Assembly: GCA_964016885.1 (NCBI GenBank)
Contig: OZ024741.1
Span: forward strand, 314,588,001 to 314,652,000
Source: Eledone cirrhosa
Lineage: Eukaryota
Reading direction: 5' to 3'
Length of the DNA: 64,000 nt
Positions 13,552 to 29,784 of this stretch are shown here, one piece after another. The notes beneath the pieces are model-generated. The model had not been told where the DNA came from, searched no databases, and was given only the letters and a program-made list of their open reading frames with translations. Numbering within the stretch: position 1 is the stretch's first letter; the number at the start of each line of letters is the position of its first letter. The position numbers were made by a program, and so were the translations under genes.

Positions 13552-13737
13552 ATTGTTTCTACTTTAGGCACAAGGCCAGCAATTACCCAGTGCATTATTT
13601 GTACTTTATTTTATAGACCCCGTAAGGATGAAAGGCAAAGACAACCTCGGCGGGATATGAACTCAGATCGTAATGGGAGGTAACTATGCTGGAAAGCATG
13701 AAAGCATGGCATCCGACCCTCTACCGATACTGCTAAT
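13552..13737 (-). mobile_element. SINE (family with a gctggccttgtgcc..gtagaaacaat tail); also at 21699-21873 and 28898-29073
   Basis: Reverse complement of the elements at 40890-41070 and 51704-51897. Confidence 0.75.
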
Positions 13738-13932
13738 ATATATAATAACTACTAAATAGGGAGATGTTTAAATTATAGTAACAAGTTTTGAAAGGGGATC
13801 AATATTACAGATAAATTATTCATTTATTGAACGTACAGTAGAACGGAGTGTAAATTACAGTATGAAATGTCGTAATTAGGCAAATTATTAGTTAATATCT
13901 TCTTCTATCATATGAATCAAAACAAAACAAAA

Positions 13933-14445
13933 GGTTCTTCATCCTCAGTCTATACTGATTAATGTTCAGAGCGATCCTTAGCATTCTCGTGTAGCGCCCA
14001 TCCACCATCTGAGTAAGTTTCTTGTTGAATGTCCCAGTCTCAGACCCATACAGCAGCACAGACTCCCCTACAGCAACGAAGAGACGGGTCTTCAGCTTTT
14101 TACGAAGGTCCGACTTCCACACCGATCTGTGGCACGCCGCCCACGCTTTTCTCTTCCTCTCGATCACATCATCTTCTGTATTCCCAGTCTTTGCTCCCAG
14201 ATACAGGACGTCCTCAACTAATTTAGCGGCTTCCCGCCTAGATTAGTAATCTTCTCTGGCTTCTTAATATTCTCTACCATATACTTCATCTTAATCTCAT
14301 TCATTCAAAGCCCCATATTCATCGACACAGTCTCCACCTCCTGCATCTAATCCTCTGCCTCCTTCACTGTGTTTGTCACCAGAACAATGTCATCGACAAA
14401 TTCAGCATCCGATATCTTTTTCGCCTTAACTCTGCTCTTCTGACC
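13933..14445 (-). mobile_element. RTE-clade LINE RT/C-terminal fragment (intron B)
   Basis: IERKRKAWAACHRSVWKSDL...ESVLLYGSET...YTRMLRIALN, typical of the RTE post-RT region. Confidence 0.8.
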
Positions 14446-15871
14446 CAATGTTACAGTAAAAAGCAAGTGAGCTAATCCGGAGGAGACAAAAGTGAGTAGT
14501 TATGCAGACTTCTAGCCAGTATAGAAAAGGTTAATGTGCTCAATACATATAGGTTGTTAGACTAGCGAACCATGCGATTAAATGTAATGAGAGATAGCTT
14601 AACAATTGTATAATAAGCAGAGTAAAAACCGTTTTTAAAATGCTGGAGGGAATAACAAAGATTTATGAATACATGTATATATTTAATGGCTGACAAGCAT
14701 GGCAGTGTAAAAAACCTTATAACAGCCATTTTGTGTGGCTGCTATCACTTCCTTTCACTTCCAACCTTTTACTAACAATATTCCACATTTAAAGAAGTTT
14801 TTTCACTTCGGTGATATAATTCAATTTATGAATTAATATATGAAGAATATTTTTGTAGGCTCTGATGGCTCTAGCTCCCACATTTTGCCACCGATTTCGT
14901 TCAAATTTTAGAGCAAAATAGAATTTATCATTGCACATCCTGTAATGGCTTAATACTTTGCATTTGTTGTTCAGGGACGACGTGGCAGCCGCTTATATTT
15001 TCAAAATATACCACTTTAGAGTCAAATTTCCACTTTTTCGGTGGGTACTGCTGCTAGTATATATATAAATTTACAGTATCGTGAGAGAGGATAGAGAGAT
15101 GAGGTAAAAGGGAAACAATACAGAGGATTATTTGCCAAAAGCGGGTGCAAATGTGCTCCATGCTTAGGTAAGCAAGGTTAAACATTAGAGGCGTTAATAT
15201 TTAGTGTACAAAGTTAAGCAGAGCATTTATAATCGAAAATATTAATGAAACAGAAGCAAGCCGTTAAAACACATTTATAAATAACCTAAAAACATTTGTA
15301 TTAACATCATTATTTTAATTTTTATTTGTATTTAAATCATTTATCTCATATATACACACCTTTCACCATTTGTATTTGTATTTCTCCACTTAAACATATT
15401 TTATTTGGATCATTTTTTCCTATAATATAATACATCTCGAACTAGCTATTGTACATAGTAATGTATATTCGTCCGTATGTTTATTTTCTTTTCTTTCTTC
15501 TTCATATCCCCATATTCATGATTAATTTCTATCCCCTTCTGCCTCCTCATCCCTCTTAACCTTCCTCTATTTCTTCTCATCTTCCTTACTTATCCTTCCT
15601 CTTTGCCTATGCTATATCCCCACCCCTTTTATCTTTCTATATATATCTTTATTATTATTAATATTATATTTGTTTTGATGTGATAGTTTGATTTCGTAAC
15701 TTTGCCGGTTATACATTTAACTATATCTTCGTTCCTTCTTTCGTCATTTTCTTTCTTTCTCTCTCATTTCCATCTGTACCCCTTCATTTATTTATTTATC
15801 CTTAATACTATTATTGATGTAGAAATTTGAATTTTCAAGTTTACCGTTACGCATATATTTTATATTAGTTA

Positions 15872-15982
15872 ATAGTTTCTGGTGAAATGATTGAATTTAG
15901 ATGTATGGTAAATTGAGTTATACTGTCTCCAGTATTTAGCAATTTATAGACAATTCTATCATGGAAACAATTGTAAGACTAT
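15872..15982 (+). ncRNA. Hammerhead copy in intron B with a mutated core (CTGGTGA)
   Basis: Paralogue of 1693-1803 with an A-to-G change in the CUGANGA box. Confidence 0.65.
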
Positions 15983-16795
15983 AAATAAATATCCATGTTT
16001 GTACCGTCAACCATGTTATTCTTAACGTTTTCATACATATATATATATATATATATATACATATATGAAAAGTGTAATTTACTACACAAAACGAAGGTTA
16101 TAGTGAAAATTGAGGTTGGTAATGGCACATGGAATATATGAGACAGAATACTTTTTTGTGAAAAAACATATAATTTCATAAGGTAAGGAAATAATAAAGG
16201 GTATAAAAAATGACCGGTTTCGATGGGTCTGCAAAAGCCATCTTTTCAAATGTTGATTAATATTAAGAAAAATTAATAATAAGAAGAGTTAAAATTTGAG
16301 ATTTGAAAATTCAAGTATAAAATTCATTGTGGGATTTCACAGTAGTTTTCATCTTGGTAGCAGCTCGTTTAGCAGCTCGTTGACTGCTGGGTCCCTTTCT
16401 GGTAGTGAATGAGAAGTTATTTGAGGTGTGGGATATTTTATAAAGGTCAAATTTAGCAATGGCCAGATGGCCAGCTGCTGGTCATTGAGGGGGTGGAAGC
16501 AATATACATACATATTTCTTCCTGTGGTAGGTAGGAGAGGGGAGATTGATAGAAAGAGATTTAGTGCACTTACACCTATATATACACACATACCATCATC
16601 CACAAATACATACATATACATATACATACACATATATACATATATATATATATATATCCATACATATACACACGTACATACACAGACACATACATATATA
16701 TACACACATACACACACACATATATGCACATACACATATATATATATATAAATATACACACACACACATATATATGCATACACATACATCCAGAT

Positions 16796-16836
<41 letters not shown>

Positions 16837-17534
16837 CATATGTGTACATACACATATATACACATATACATACACATATATATACACACATATATATCGC
16901 CGTATTTTGACTAAAGAAATTAAAGAAATTATTTAGCCTGATAATGGGGTTAAGAACCCTCGGAGAAATGGAAAAAGATGAGTATTGACATACATGGGAG
17001 TTGAACCCACATCTTTGGTTATCCGGACCACTGTGAAACCATTTACACCAACACATCAAATTAATATAATAATAATATCAGGCTAAATAATTTCTTTAAT
17101 TTCTTTCGTCAAAATACAGCGATAGCTTACATTTCTAATAATTTCAAACCCACTCGCTGCTCCGTCTGACTAAATAATTTCTTTAATGTCTTTACTGAAA
17201 ATACGGCGATAGTTTACATTTCTAATAATTTCAAACCCATTCGCTGCTCCGAAAATATTCTTACTTGACATTACAGTCGCTAAGTTTATAGCTTCTAATT
17301 TGAATTGAAAAAGACGGGTGATGTGTTGGTGTAAATGGTAGCACAGTGGTCCTCATAACGAAAGATGTGGGTTAAACTCCCATGTACGTCAATACTCATT
17401 TTTTCCAATTCTCCGATGGTTCTTAACTCCACTATCAGGCTAAATAATTTCTTTAATTTATTTAGTCAAAATACGGCGATAGCTTACATTTCTAATAATT
17501 TCATCCCCACTCGCTGTTCTGAAAATATTCTTAC

Positions 17535-17566
<32 letters not shown>

Positions 17567-17579
17567 TATGTATATATAA

Positions 17580-17718
<139 letters not shown>

Positions 17719-18423
17719 TATATATATATATATATATATATATGTACATGTATATCACGAAAGTAATCACCAAAGTAATTACCGAAGTAAACGTACAGAA
17801 AATATGAATAAACTGAGACAATCGGATACAACTTTGTCAACGCTGATGAAACGAATAACCTATACAACATGGATAAACAAGAATCACCGAAATCTTAAAT
17901 AGGGAGTTAAGTAAGAAATGTTAAAAGAGACTTTAAAATGAAATCTGGATGAGGCAATTGAAGACATGAATTAGATAGTAACTAGACGTCAGAAACGCGG
18001 ATAACACTGAGGTTTACAAACCGAATTACAACACTAATGTCACAGTCAGACATATTGCAATTCAGGCCGGTCATTGAAGTAATAAGCAACATTCTAATTA
18101 GTGTCTTCGCCAACGAAAACTCTAATTAGATATAATAAGGACCTATGAACGGGAAAATATTGTTCGTACAGTTTCTATATTACAATGGGATCCAGTGACT
18201 CAGAGCAGGTGACCGATCACGTGAGATATGTGAAGAAGTGTTTTCTGGGTCTCAGCGGAGGATTATATCATGATGATGCCCTATGTACCCCACTCATACA
18301 TAAACAGACAGATTAGCGAGGATGAAGAAGTAAATATCTTAAATTTTCAAGAACATAAGACAAGAAGTCGCAATCTACAGTAAACATTAAAAATCTGATA
18401 TATCAATTCAATTCTTCGACATT

Positions 18424-18473
<50 letters not shown>

Positions 18474-18977
18474 AATTTTTTATGGTCGTTTTGCAAGCCT
18501 CAACAATGCAGATGGGTAAATCTCCGGGAAACAAAATCCGGTGGTGGAGAGAGAGATGTAAGGGAATGGAGAATGAGATGTACAGTGTGTAGTGGAACGT
18601 TGGAAGGAGCGTAAAAACAGAAAATAATAACACAGGAGAGATTTAATTGTCCCAATATTTCGGATGCGCATTCATCAACTGGGGAGTTTTCCGGGGGGAA
18701 AGTTATCTGACGGAAAGGAACAGTATGTGGCCTCTGTTGTCCGCTGTTTGTTTGTAACTGAGGTATTCTGTAGAGCGCACTTGCGCGCGGAATAGGTGCG
18801 GTCAAGCAAAGATCAAAGCACCTCCTTTTTTATTGTGGGAGTGGGATAGCAATACACTGTATGGTTAATTAAGAGCATTTTGAAGACCTTGCGCTATTGT
18901 TTTATGTAGTAACTATGTCACTTACTTCTATGCTTTTAATTAAACATACAGTTTATTGCAAATACACTATATATACA

Positions 18978-19059
<82 letters not shown>

Positions 19060-19139
19060 GAAGGTGTGATAAGATACCAAGTGGAGTTCAGTTCTAGCTG
19101 TCAAAGTGAGCGGTTCTCAGACGTCGTACCCCTAACACT

Positions 19140-19247
<108 letters not shown>

Positions 19248-19408
19248 GAACATACTCAAGACCCCTGACGGCAGAGCTCCACCATAGTACAGAGAATGGG
19301 ACCCTGTCAAGAGGTTCTCCCTATCTAAAAAATCTAGATACAATGGCTTATACTTTGCTAAGTACCTCTCAAGCAGTCGTCGCACTATAAAGGGAGAATC
19401 AATGGCAC

Positions 19409-19526
<118 letters not shown>

Positions 19527-21431
19527 AAAATGGTAATGGGTGGGGGAACCATTCCTTCCAGTGGGTTTGTCAGAAGCAACCGTCTCCAAATAATCCGGCT
19601 GGATCCCTAATCTAGACCAGATCTGCTCATGGATGTTATGCAACCATCTTGCACGGTCTCTCTCGCTGGGCTTCCTTCCGGGTGCGTTTACCCGTAAAAT
19701 CTTTGTATCGATTTTTTCGCGAGACATTTTAAACGCATGGATATAGTATCGTATCTGTAATCTCTCAATTCGGAGAAGAAGCGACACTCCCTGGAAAGAA
19801 ACCAGAACTCCAAGCTACGCACCCTACTGAGTAACGTTACTGAAAATACCCTTTGGAGGAACCCTATTTCTGACGCCTGTATTCACGATCATATTCGTTT
19901 GATCATTACCCAAGATTCATGACCATAATGCGTGTGTACACGAATACCGTACTGAAGATAACCAGTTTGGATTTTTCACCTACATCCCTTCTTCCGCATT
20001 ACAGCACCAGCTCCTGCAATTCTTGCGCACTTAATTCAGCCCCATGCGTTCCATCACTTGGTAACATTGCCTCAACGTACTTGAATTTCTCCACCTGTTT
20101 AAGTGGAACTCCATTCATATATAGATTGCACGGCACAAGGATACCTTGAGACGACGAGTGTCTCAGTTTTCGCAGCATTGATTTTCATTCCAGCCATGCA
20201 GTACTTGACATCAAACCTGCAGAGTGCAATTCGGTGATTTTCTTCTTCGGAGTTAAGGAATACCGCGTCGTCTGAAAATTCTAGCCGACTAATTTTACAC
20301 TTGCCAGTCATGATACAACTTCTAGCCCGACTGCCCATGTCAATCATTTTCATATAAATAATGAACACGATAGATGAAAGACGCACTCCCAGATTGAATG
20401 ATTTCCATTTAGCACCATTTATCCAGTGGTAGCATAAATTCAAACGTCATCTTATCTACTTTGATTATCTCTCGAATTAATCATGCTATAACATTTTAAA
20501 CAAATTTCATAACATGGTCCATCAACTGATACTTCCGTACTTATTTTCTCTAGTGCATCTTCATATTCCTTGTAGACAATGACGATAACTTTGCTGCTCC
20601 AGTCATTGGGTATGACACCTTTCTTGTACTACTTGATTAACTATATGTCCGAGTAGCACATATCATACAATGCCAGGTGCTTTTAGCCTCTCAACAAATA
20701 TACCAGATGGTCCAGTGGCCTTCTCTAGATTCATGTCCCTAATTGATTTATCTATCTCATTGCTGTCAACTTCTTAGCTGATCCCTTAGTCAGATATACA
20801 TGTGGTAAGCCCTTACTGTCCTATTTATTCTCTTCGTCCAGTAGTCTCTCATATTAAGTAGTTCTTTTCGGTATAAGACAAGGTGGGTGTTCCACTGCCA
20901 TTTCGACCATTTCACGATTTTCTCTAGCACACTCTCTTGCAAACCTTTATACATCCTTCAACTGATCTTCGCGACGAAGAACATGAGAAACTGTTTTTCT
21001 CCCTCTGCCCTTGCTAGGTATACCTAATTAAACCTAGTTAAGGAGATAATGGAGGTAAGGGTGGGTAGGAAGATTTGACAAAAGAAAGACAGGCGTCAAG
21101 CTCTTCATGTTAGAAAGAAGTGGCGCAGATAGAATAATCAATATAACGGCCGTATATCTTAGGAGTAGGTGCAGTATACTGGGAGAAAATTTGATCTTCG
21201 TCGTAGCTGACGAATAAGTCGGCGTATTTCGTGCACATACAATTTACCATGGCTATCCCAGTAATTTGTCGGTAATACTTCCTCAAAATTGTTGAGGTTG
21301 AGAACAACTGATTCTTTTATCACCACTTTAATCTTATAATTATTGATATGGTATATATAATTGATATCTCATTTATAACTGTATTTAATTAATGGTATAT
21401 TCAACATTGTCATGTATATTGATATTTTCAG

Positions 21432-21566
21432 AATGCCCAGCAGGAAAGTATGGTGAGTCTTGTCGGTTGACATGCCATTGTTTCAACAACACTAAGTGTG
21501 AAAAAGTAACTGGAAACTGTCCAGCTGGATGTGCTGCAGGTTTTATGGGTAGCAGCTGCGACGAAG
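21432..21566 (+). CDS. EGF-repeat exon 2 ([45 protein letters not shown])
   Basis: Same splice sites and 135-nt length; all 8 Cys intact. Confidence 0.85.
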
Positions 21567-21593
21567 GTATTTCTTAAAGATACTACGTATTTT

Positions 21594-21701
<108 letters not shown>

Positions 21702-22070
21702 GTTTCTACTTTAGGCACAAGGCCAGCAATTACCCAGTGCATTATTTGTACTTTATTGTATAGACCCCGTAAGGATGAAAGGCAAAGGCAACCTCGGCGG
21801 GATATGAACTCAGATCGTAAAGGGACGTAACTATGCTGGAAAGCATGGCATCCGACCCTCTACCGATACTGCTAATATATATAATAACTACTAAATAGGG
21901 AGATGTTTAAATTATAGTAACAAGTTTTGAAAGGGGATCAATATTACAGATAAATTATCCATTTATTGGACGTACAGTAGAGCAGAGGGTAAATTACAGT
22001 ATGAAACGTCGTAATTAGGCAAATTATTAGTTAATAACTTCTTCTATCATATGAATCAAAACAAAACAAA

Positions 22071-22585
22071 AGGTTCTTCATCCTCAGTCTATACTGATTA
22101 ATGTTCAGAGCGATCCTTAGCATTCTCGTGTAGCGCCCATCCACCATCTGAGTAAGTTTCTTGGTGAGTGTCTCAGTCTCAGACCCATACAGCAGCACAG
22201 ACTCCCCTACAGCAACGAAGAGACGGGTCTTCAGCTCTTTACGAAGGTCCGACTTCCACATGGATCTGTGGCACGCCGCCCACGCTTTTCTCTTCCTCTC
22301 GATCACATCATCTTCTGTATTCCCAGTCTTTGCTCCCAGATACAGGACGTCCTCAACTAATTCTAGCGGCTTCCCGCCTACATTAGTAATCTTCTCTGGC
22401 TTCTTAATATTCTCTACCATATACTTCATCTTAATCTCATTCATTCAAAGCCCCATATTCATCGACACAGTCTCCACCTCCTGCATCTAATCCTCTGCCT
22501 CCTTCACTGTGTTTGTCACCAGAACAATGTCATCGACAAATTCAGCATCCGATATCTTTTTCGCCTTAACTCTGCTCTTCTGACC
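22071..22585 (-). mobile_element. RTE-clade LINE fragment (intron C)
   Basis: ORF 22031-22444 carries the YLG and VLLYGSET motifs. Confidence 0.8.
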
Positions 22586-24017
22586 CAATGTTACAGTAAA
22601 AAGCAAGTGAGCTAATCCGGAGGAGACAAAAGTGAGTAGTTATGCAGACTTCTAGCCAGTATAGAAAAGGTTAATGTGCTCAATACATATAGGTTGTTAG
22701 ACTAGCGAACCATGCGATTAAATGTAATGAGAGATAGCTTAACAATTGTATAATAAGCAGAGTAAAAACCGTTTTTAAAATGCTGGAGGGAATAACAAAG
22801 ATTTATGAATACATGTATATATTTAATGGCTGACAAGCATGGCAGTGTAAAAAACCTTATAACAGCCATTTTGTGTGGCTGCTATCACTTCCTTTCACTT
22901 CCAACCTTTTACTAACAATATTCCACATTTAAAGAAGTTTTTTCACTTCCGTGATATAATTCAATTTATGAATTAATATATGAAGAATATTTTTGTAGGC
23001 TCTGATGGCTCTAGCTCCCACATTTTGCCACCGATTTCGTTCAAATTTAATAGCAAAATAGAATTTTTCATTTCACATCCGGTAATGGCTTAATACTTTG
23101 CATATGTTGTTCAGGGACGACGTGGCAGCCGCTTATATTTTCAAAATATACCACTTTTAGACTCAAATTTCCACTTTTTCGAGGGGTACTGCTGCTAGTA
23201 TATATATATAAATTTACAGTATCGTGAGAGAGGATAGAGAGATGAGGTAAAAGGGAAACAATACAGAGGATTATTTGCCAAAAGCGGGTGCAAATGTGCT
23301 TGATGCTCAGGTAAGCAAGGTTAAACATTAGAGGCGTTAATATTTAGTGTACAAAGTTAAGCAGAGCATTTATAATCGAAAATATTAATGAAACAGAAGC
23401 AAGCCGTTAAAACACATTTATAAGTAACCTAAAAACATTTGTATTAACATCATTATTTTAATTTTTATTTGTATTTAAATCATTTATTATCTTATATATA
23501 CACACCTTTCACCATTTGTATTTATATTTCTCCACTTAAACATATTTTATCTGGATCATTTTATCCTATAATATAATACATCTCGAACTAGCTATTTTAC
23601 ATAGTAATGTATATTGGTCCGTATGTTTATTTTATTTTCTTTCTTCTTCATATCCCCATATTCATGATTAATTTCTATCCACTTCTGCCTCCTCATCCCT
23701 CTTAATCTTCCTCTATTTCTTCTCATCTTCCTTACTTATCCTTCCTCTTTGCCTATTCTATATCCCCACCCCTTTTATCTTTCTATATATATCTTTATTA
23801 TTATTAATATTATATTTATTTTGATGTGATAGTTTGATTTCGTAACTTTGCCGGTTATACATTTAACTATATCTTCGTTCCTTCTTTCGTCATTTTCTTT
23901 CTTTCCATCTCATTTCCATCTGTACCCCTTCCTTTATTTATTTATCATTAATACTATTATTGATGTAGAAATTTGAATTTTCAAGTTTACCGTTACGCAT
24001 ATATTTTATATTAGTTA

Positions 24018-24128
24018 ATAGTTTCTGATGAAATGATTGTATTTAGATGTATGGTAAATGGAGTTATACTGTCTCCAGTATTTAGCAATTTATAGACAAT
24101 TCTATCATGGAAACAATTGTAAGACTAT
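24018..24128 (+). ncRNA. Hammerhead copy in intron C (core intact)
   Basis: CTGATGA at 24025; GAAACAATTGTA followed by agactat. Confidence 0.72.
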
Positions 24129-24181
24129 AAATAAATATCCATGTTTGTACTGTCACCATGTTATTCTTAACTTTTTTATAC

Positions 24182-24231
<50 letters not shown>

Positions 24232-24908
24232 ATATATCGCCGTATTTTGACTAAAGAAATTAAAGAAATTATTTAGCCTGATAATGGGGTTAAGAACCCT
24301 CGGAGAAATGGAAAAAGATGAGTATTGACATACATGGGAGTTGAACCCACATCTTTGGTTATCCGGACCACTGTAAAACCATTTACACCAACACATCAAA
24401 TAAATATAATATTAATAATATCAGGCCAAATAATTTCTTTAATTTCTTTCGTCAAAATACAGCGATCGCTTACATTTCTAATAATTTCAAACCCACTCGC
24501 TGCTCCGTCTGGCTAAATAATTTCTTTAATTTCTTTAGTGAAAATACGGCGATAGCTTACATTTCTAATAATTCGAAACCTATTCGCTGCTCCGAAAATA
24601 CTCTTACTTGACATTAGAGTCGCTAAGTTTATAGCTTCTAATTTGAATGGAAAAAGACGGGTGATGTGTTGGTGTAAATGGTAGCACAGTGGTCCTCATA
24701 ACGAAAGATGTGGGTTAAACTCCCATGTACGTCAATACTCATCTTTTTCCAATTCTCCGAGGGTTCTTAACTCCACTATCAGGCTAAATAATTTCTTAAA
24801 TTTATTTACTCAAAATATGGCGATAGCTTACATTTCTAATAATTTCATCCCCACCCGCTGTTCCGAAAATATTCTTACTATATATATATATATATATACA
24901 TATATATG

Positions 24909-24988
<80 letters not shown>

Positions 24989-25689
24989 TATATATATATA
25001 TATATATATGTACATGTATATCACGAAAGTAATCACCAAAGTAATTACCAAAGTAAACGTACAGAAAATATAAATAAACTGAAACAATCGGATACAACTT
25101 TGTCAACGCTGATGAAACCAATAACCTATACAACATGGATAAACAAGAATCACCGAAATCTTAAATAGGGAGTTAAGTAAGAAATGTTAAAAGAGACTTT
25201 AAAGTGAAATCTGGATGAGGCAATTGAAGACATAAATTAGATAGTAACCAGACGTCAGAAACGCGGATAACACTGAGGTTTACAAACTGAATTATAACAC
25301 TAATGTCACAGTCAGACATATTGCAATTCAGGCCGGTCATTGAAGTAATAAGCAACATTCTAATTAGTGTCTTCGCCAACGAAGACTCTAATTAGATATA
25401 ATAAGGACCTATGAACGGGAAAATATTGTTCGTTCAGTTTCTATATTACAATGGGATCCAGTGACTCAGAGCAGGTGACCGATCACGTGAGATATGTGAA
25501 GAAGTGTTTTCTGGGTCTCAGCGGAGGATTATATCATGATGATGCCCTATGTATCCCACTCATACATAAACAGACAGATTAGCGAGGATGAAGAAGTAAA
25601 TATCTTAAATTTTCAAGAACATAAGACAAGAAGTCGCAATCTACAGTAAACATTAAAAATCTGATATATCAATTCAATTCTTCGACATT

Positions 25690-25729
<40 letters not shown>

Positions 25730-26235
25730 ATTTATTTATTGTCGTTTTGCAAGCCTCAACAATGCAGATGGGTAAATCTCCGGGAAACAAAATCCGGTGC
25801 TGGAGAGAGAGATGTAAGGGAATGGAGAATGAGATGTACAGTGTGTAGTGGAACATTGGAAGGAGCGTAAAAACAGAAAATAATAACACAGGAGAGATTT
25901 AATTGTCCCAATATTTCGGATGCGCATTCATCAACTGGGGAGTTTTCCGGGGGGGAAAGTTATCTGGCGGAGAGGAACAGTATGTGGCCTCTGTTGTCCG
26001 TTGTTTGTTTGTAACTGAGGTATTCTGAAGAGCGCACTTGCGCGCTGAAGGGGTGCGGTCAAGCAAAGATCAAAGCACCTCCTTTTTTATTGTGGGAGTG
26101 GGATAGCAATACACTGTATGGTTAATTAAAAGCATTTTGAAGACCTTGCGCTATTGTTTTATGTAGTGACTATGTCACTTACTTCTATGCTTTTAATTCA
26201 GCATACAGTTTATTGCAAAATACACAATATATTCA

Positions 26236-26302
<67 letters not shown>

Positions 26303-26594
26303 AATATATATATATATATATATATAATGAAGGTGTGATAAGATACCAAGTGGAGTTCAGTTCTAGCTGTCAAAGTGAGCGGTGCTCAGACGTCGTACCC
26401 TCAAACACTTTTCATATATATATATATATATATGAACATACTCAAGACCCCTGACGGCAGAGCTCCACCATAGTACAGAGAATGGGACCCTGTCAAGAGG
26501 TTCTCCCTATCTAAAAACTCTAGATACAATGGCTTACACTTTGCTAAGTACCTCTCAAGCAGTCGTCCCACTATAAAGGGAGAATCAATGGCAC

Positions 26595-26685
26595 TCTTCT
26601 TCTTCTTCTTCTTCTTCTTCTTCTTCTTCTTCTTCTTCTTCTTCTTCTTCTTCTTCTTCTTCTTCTTCTTCTTCTTCTTCTTCTT

Positions 26686-26716
<31 letters not shown>

Positions 26717-26742
26717 TTCTTCTTCTTCTTCTTCTTCTTCTT
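26595..26742. repeat. (CTT)n tract, the LINE tail; longest of four paralogous tracts
   Basis: About 49 units with one interruption. Confidence 0.95.
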
Positions 26743-28546
26743 GCTAAAATGGTAGTCGCTGAGGGAACCATTCCTTCCAGTGGGTTTGTCAGAAGCAACC
26801 GTCTCCAAAAATTCCGGCTGGATCCCTAATCTAGACCAGATCTGCTCATGGATGTTATGCAACCATCTTGCACGGTCTCTCTCGCTGGGCTTCCTTCCGG
26901 GTGCGTTTACCCGCAAAATCTTTGTATCGATTTTTTCCCAAGACATTTTAAACGCATGGATATAGTATCGTATCTGTAATCTCTCAATTCGGAGAAGAAG
27001 CGACACTCCTTGGAAGGAAACCAGATCTCCAAGCTACGCACCCTACTGAGTAACGTTACTGAAAATACCCTTTGGAGGAACCCTATTTCTGACGCTTGTA
27101 TTCACGATCATATTCGTTTGATCATTACCCAAGATTCATGACCATAATGCGTGTGTACACGAATACCGTACTGAAGATAACCAGTTTGGATTTTTCACCT
27201 ACATCCCTTCTTCCGCATTACAGGACCAGCTCCTGCAATTCTTGCGCACTTAATTCAGCCCCATGCTTTAATTTTTCCACCTGTTTAAGTGGAACTCCAT
27301 TCATATATAGATTGCACGGCACAAGGATACCTTGAGACGACGAGTGTCTCAGTTTTCGCAGCATTGATTTTCACTCCAGCCATCCAGAACTCGACATCAA
27401 ACCTACAGAGTGCAATTCGGTGATTTTCTTCTTCGGAGTTAAGGAATACCGCGTCGTCTGAAAATTCTAGCCGACTGATTTTACACTTGCCAGTCATGAT
27501 ACAACTTCTAGCCCGACTGCCCATGTCAATCATTTTCATATAAATAATGAACACGATAGATGAAAGACGCACTCCCAGATTGAATGGTTTCCATTTAGCA
27601 CCATTTATCCAGTGGTAGCATAAATTCAAACGTCATCTTATCTACTTTGATTATCTCTCGAATTAATGATGCTATAACATTTTCAACAAATTTCATAACA
27701 TGGTCCATCAACTTGATACTTCCGTACTTATTTTCTCTAGTGCATCTTCATATTCCTTGTAGACGATGACGATAACTTTGCTGCTCCAGTCATTGGGTAT
27801 GACACCTTTCTTGTACTACTTGATTAACTATATGTCCGAGTAGCACATATCCTACAATTGATTTATCTATCTCATTGCTGTCAACTTCTTAGCTGATCCC
27901 TTAGTCAGATATACATGTGGTAAGCCCTTACTGTCCCATTTATTCTCTTCGTTCAGTAGTCTCTCATAGTAAGTACTTCTTTTCGGTATAAGACAAGGTG
28001 GGTGTTCCACTGCCATTTCGACCATTTCACGATTTTCTCTAGCACAATCTCTTGCAATCCTTAATACATCCTTCAACTGATCTTCGCGACGAAGAACATG
28101 AGAAACTGTTTTTCTCCCTATGCCCTTGCTAGGTATACCTAATTAAACCTAGTTAAGGAGATAATGGAGGTAAGGGTGGGTAGGAAGACTTGACAAAAGA
28201 AAGACAGGCGTCAAGCTCTTCATGTTAGAAAGAAGTGGCGCAGATATAATACGCAATATAACGGCCGTATAACTCAGGGGTAGGTGCAGTATACTGGGAG
28301 AAAATTTGATATTCGTCGTAGCTGACGAACAAGTCGGCGTATTTCGTGCACATACAATTTACCATGGCTATCCCAGTAATGTGTCGGTAATACTTCCTCA
28401 AAATTGTTGAGGTTGAGAACAACTGATTCTTTTATCACCACTTTAATCTTATAATTATTGATATGGTATATATAATTGATATCTCATTTATAACTGTATT
28501 TAATTAATGGTATATTCAACATTGTCATGTATATTGATATTTTCAG

Positions 28547-28681
28547 AATGCCCAGCAGGAAAGTATGGTGTGTCTTGTCGGTTGACATGCCATTGTTTCA
28601 ACAACACTAAGTGTGAACAAGTAACTGGAAACTGTCCAGCTGGATGTGCTGCAGGTTTTATGGGTAGCAGCTGCGACGAAG
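28547..28681 (+). CDS. EGF-repeat exon 3 ([45 protein letters not shown])
   Basis: Same splice sites and 135-nt length; all 8 Cys intact. Confidence 0.85.
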
Positions 28682-28707
28682 GTATTTCTTAGAGATACTA
28701 CGTATTT

Positions 28708-28891
<184 letters not shown>

Positions 28892-29269
28892 TATATAATT
28901 GTTTCTACTTTAGGCACAAGGCCAGCAATTACCCGGTGCATTATTTGTACTTTATTTTATAGACCCGTAAGGATGAAAGGCAAAGACAACCTCGGCGGGA
29001 TATGAACTCAGATCGTAATGGAACGTAACTATGCTGGAAAGCATGGCATCCGACCCTCTACCGATCCTGCTAATATATATAATAACTACTAAATAGGGAG
29101 ATGTTTAAATTATAGTAACAAGTTTTGAAAGGGGATTAATATTACAGATAAATTATCCATTTATTGAACGTACAGTAGAACGGAGGATAAATTACAGTAT
29201 GAAACGTCGTAATTAGGCAAATTATTAGTTAATATCTTCTTCTATCATATGAATCAAAACAAAACAAAA

Positions 29270-29784
29270 GGTTCTTCATCCTCAGTCTATACTGATTAAT
29301 GTTCAGAGCGATCCTAAGCATTCTCGTGTAGCGCCCATCCACCATCTGAGTAAGTTTCTTGGTGAGTGTCCCAGTCTCAGACCCATACAGCAGCACAGAC
29401 TCCCCTACAGCAACGAAGAGACGGGTCTTCAGCTCTTTACGAAGCTCCGACTTCCACACCGATCTGTGGCACGCCGCCCACGCTTTTCTCTTCCTCTCGA
29501 TCACATCATCTTCTGTATTCCCAGTCTTTGCTCCCAGATACAGGACGTCCTCAACTAATTCTAGCGGCTTTCCGCCTACATTAGTAATCTTCTCTGGCTT
29601 CTTAATATTCTCTACCATATACTTCATCTTAATCTCATTCATTCAAAGCCCCATATTCATCGACACAGTCTCCACCTCCTGCATCAAATCCTCTGCCTCC
29701 TTCACTGTGTTTGTCACCAGAACAATGTCATCGACAAATTCAGCATCCGATATCTTTTTCGCCTTAACTCTGCTCTTCTGACCC
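29270..29784 (-). mobile_element. RTE-clade LINE fragment (intron D)
   Basis: ORF 29229-29642 carries the same motifs. Confidence 0.8.
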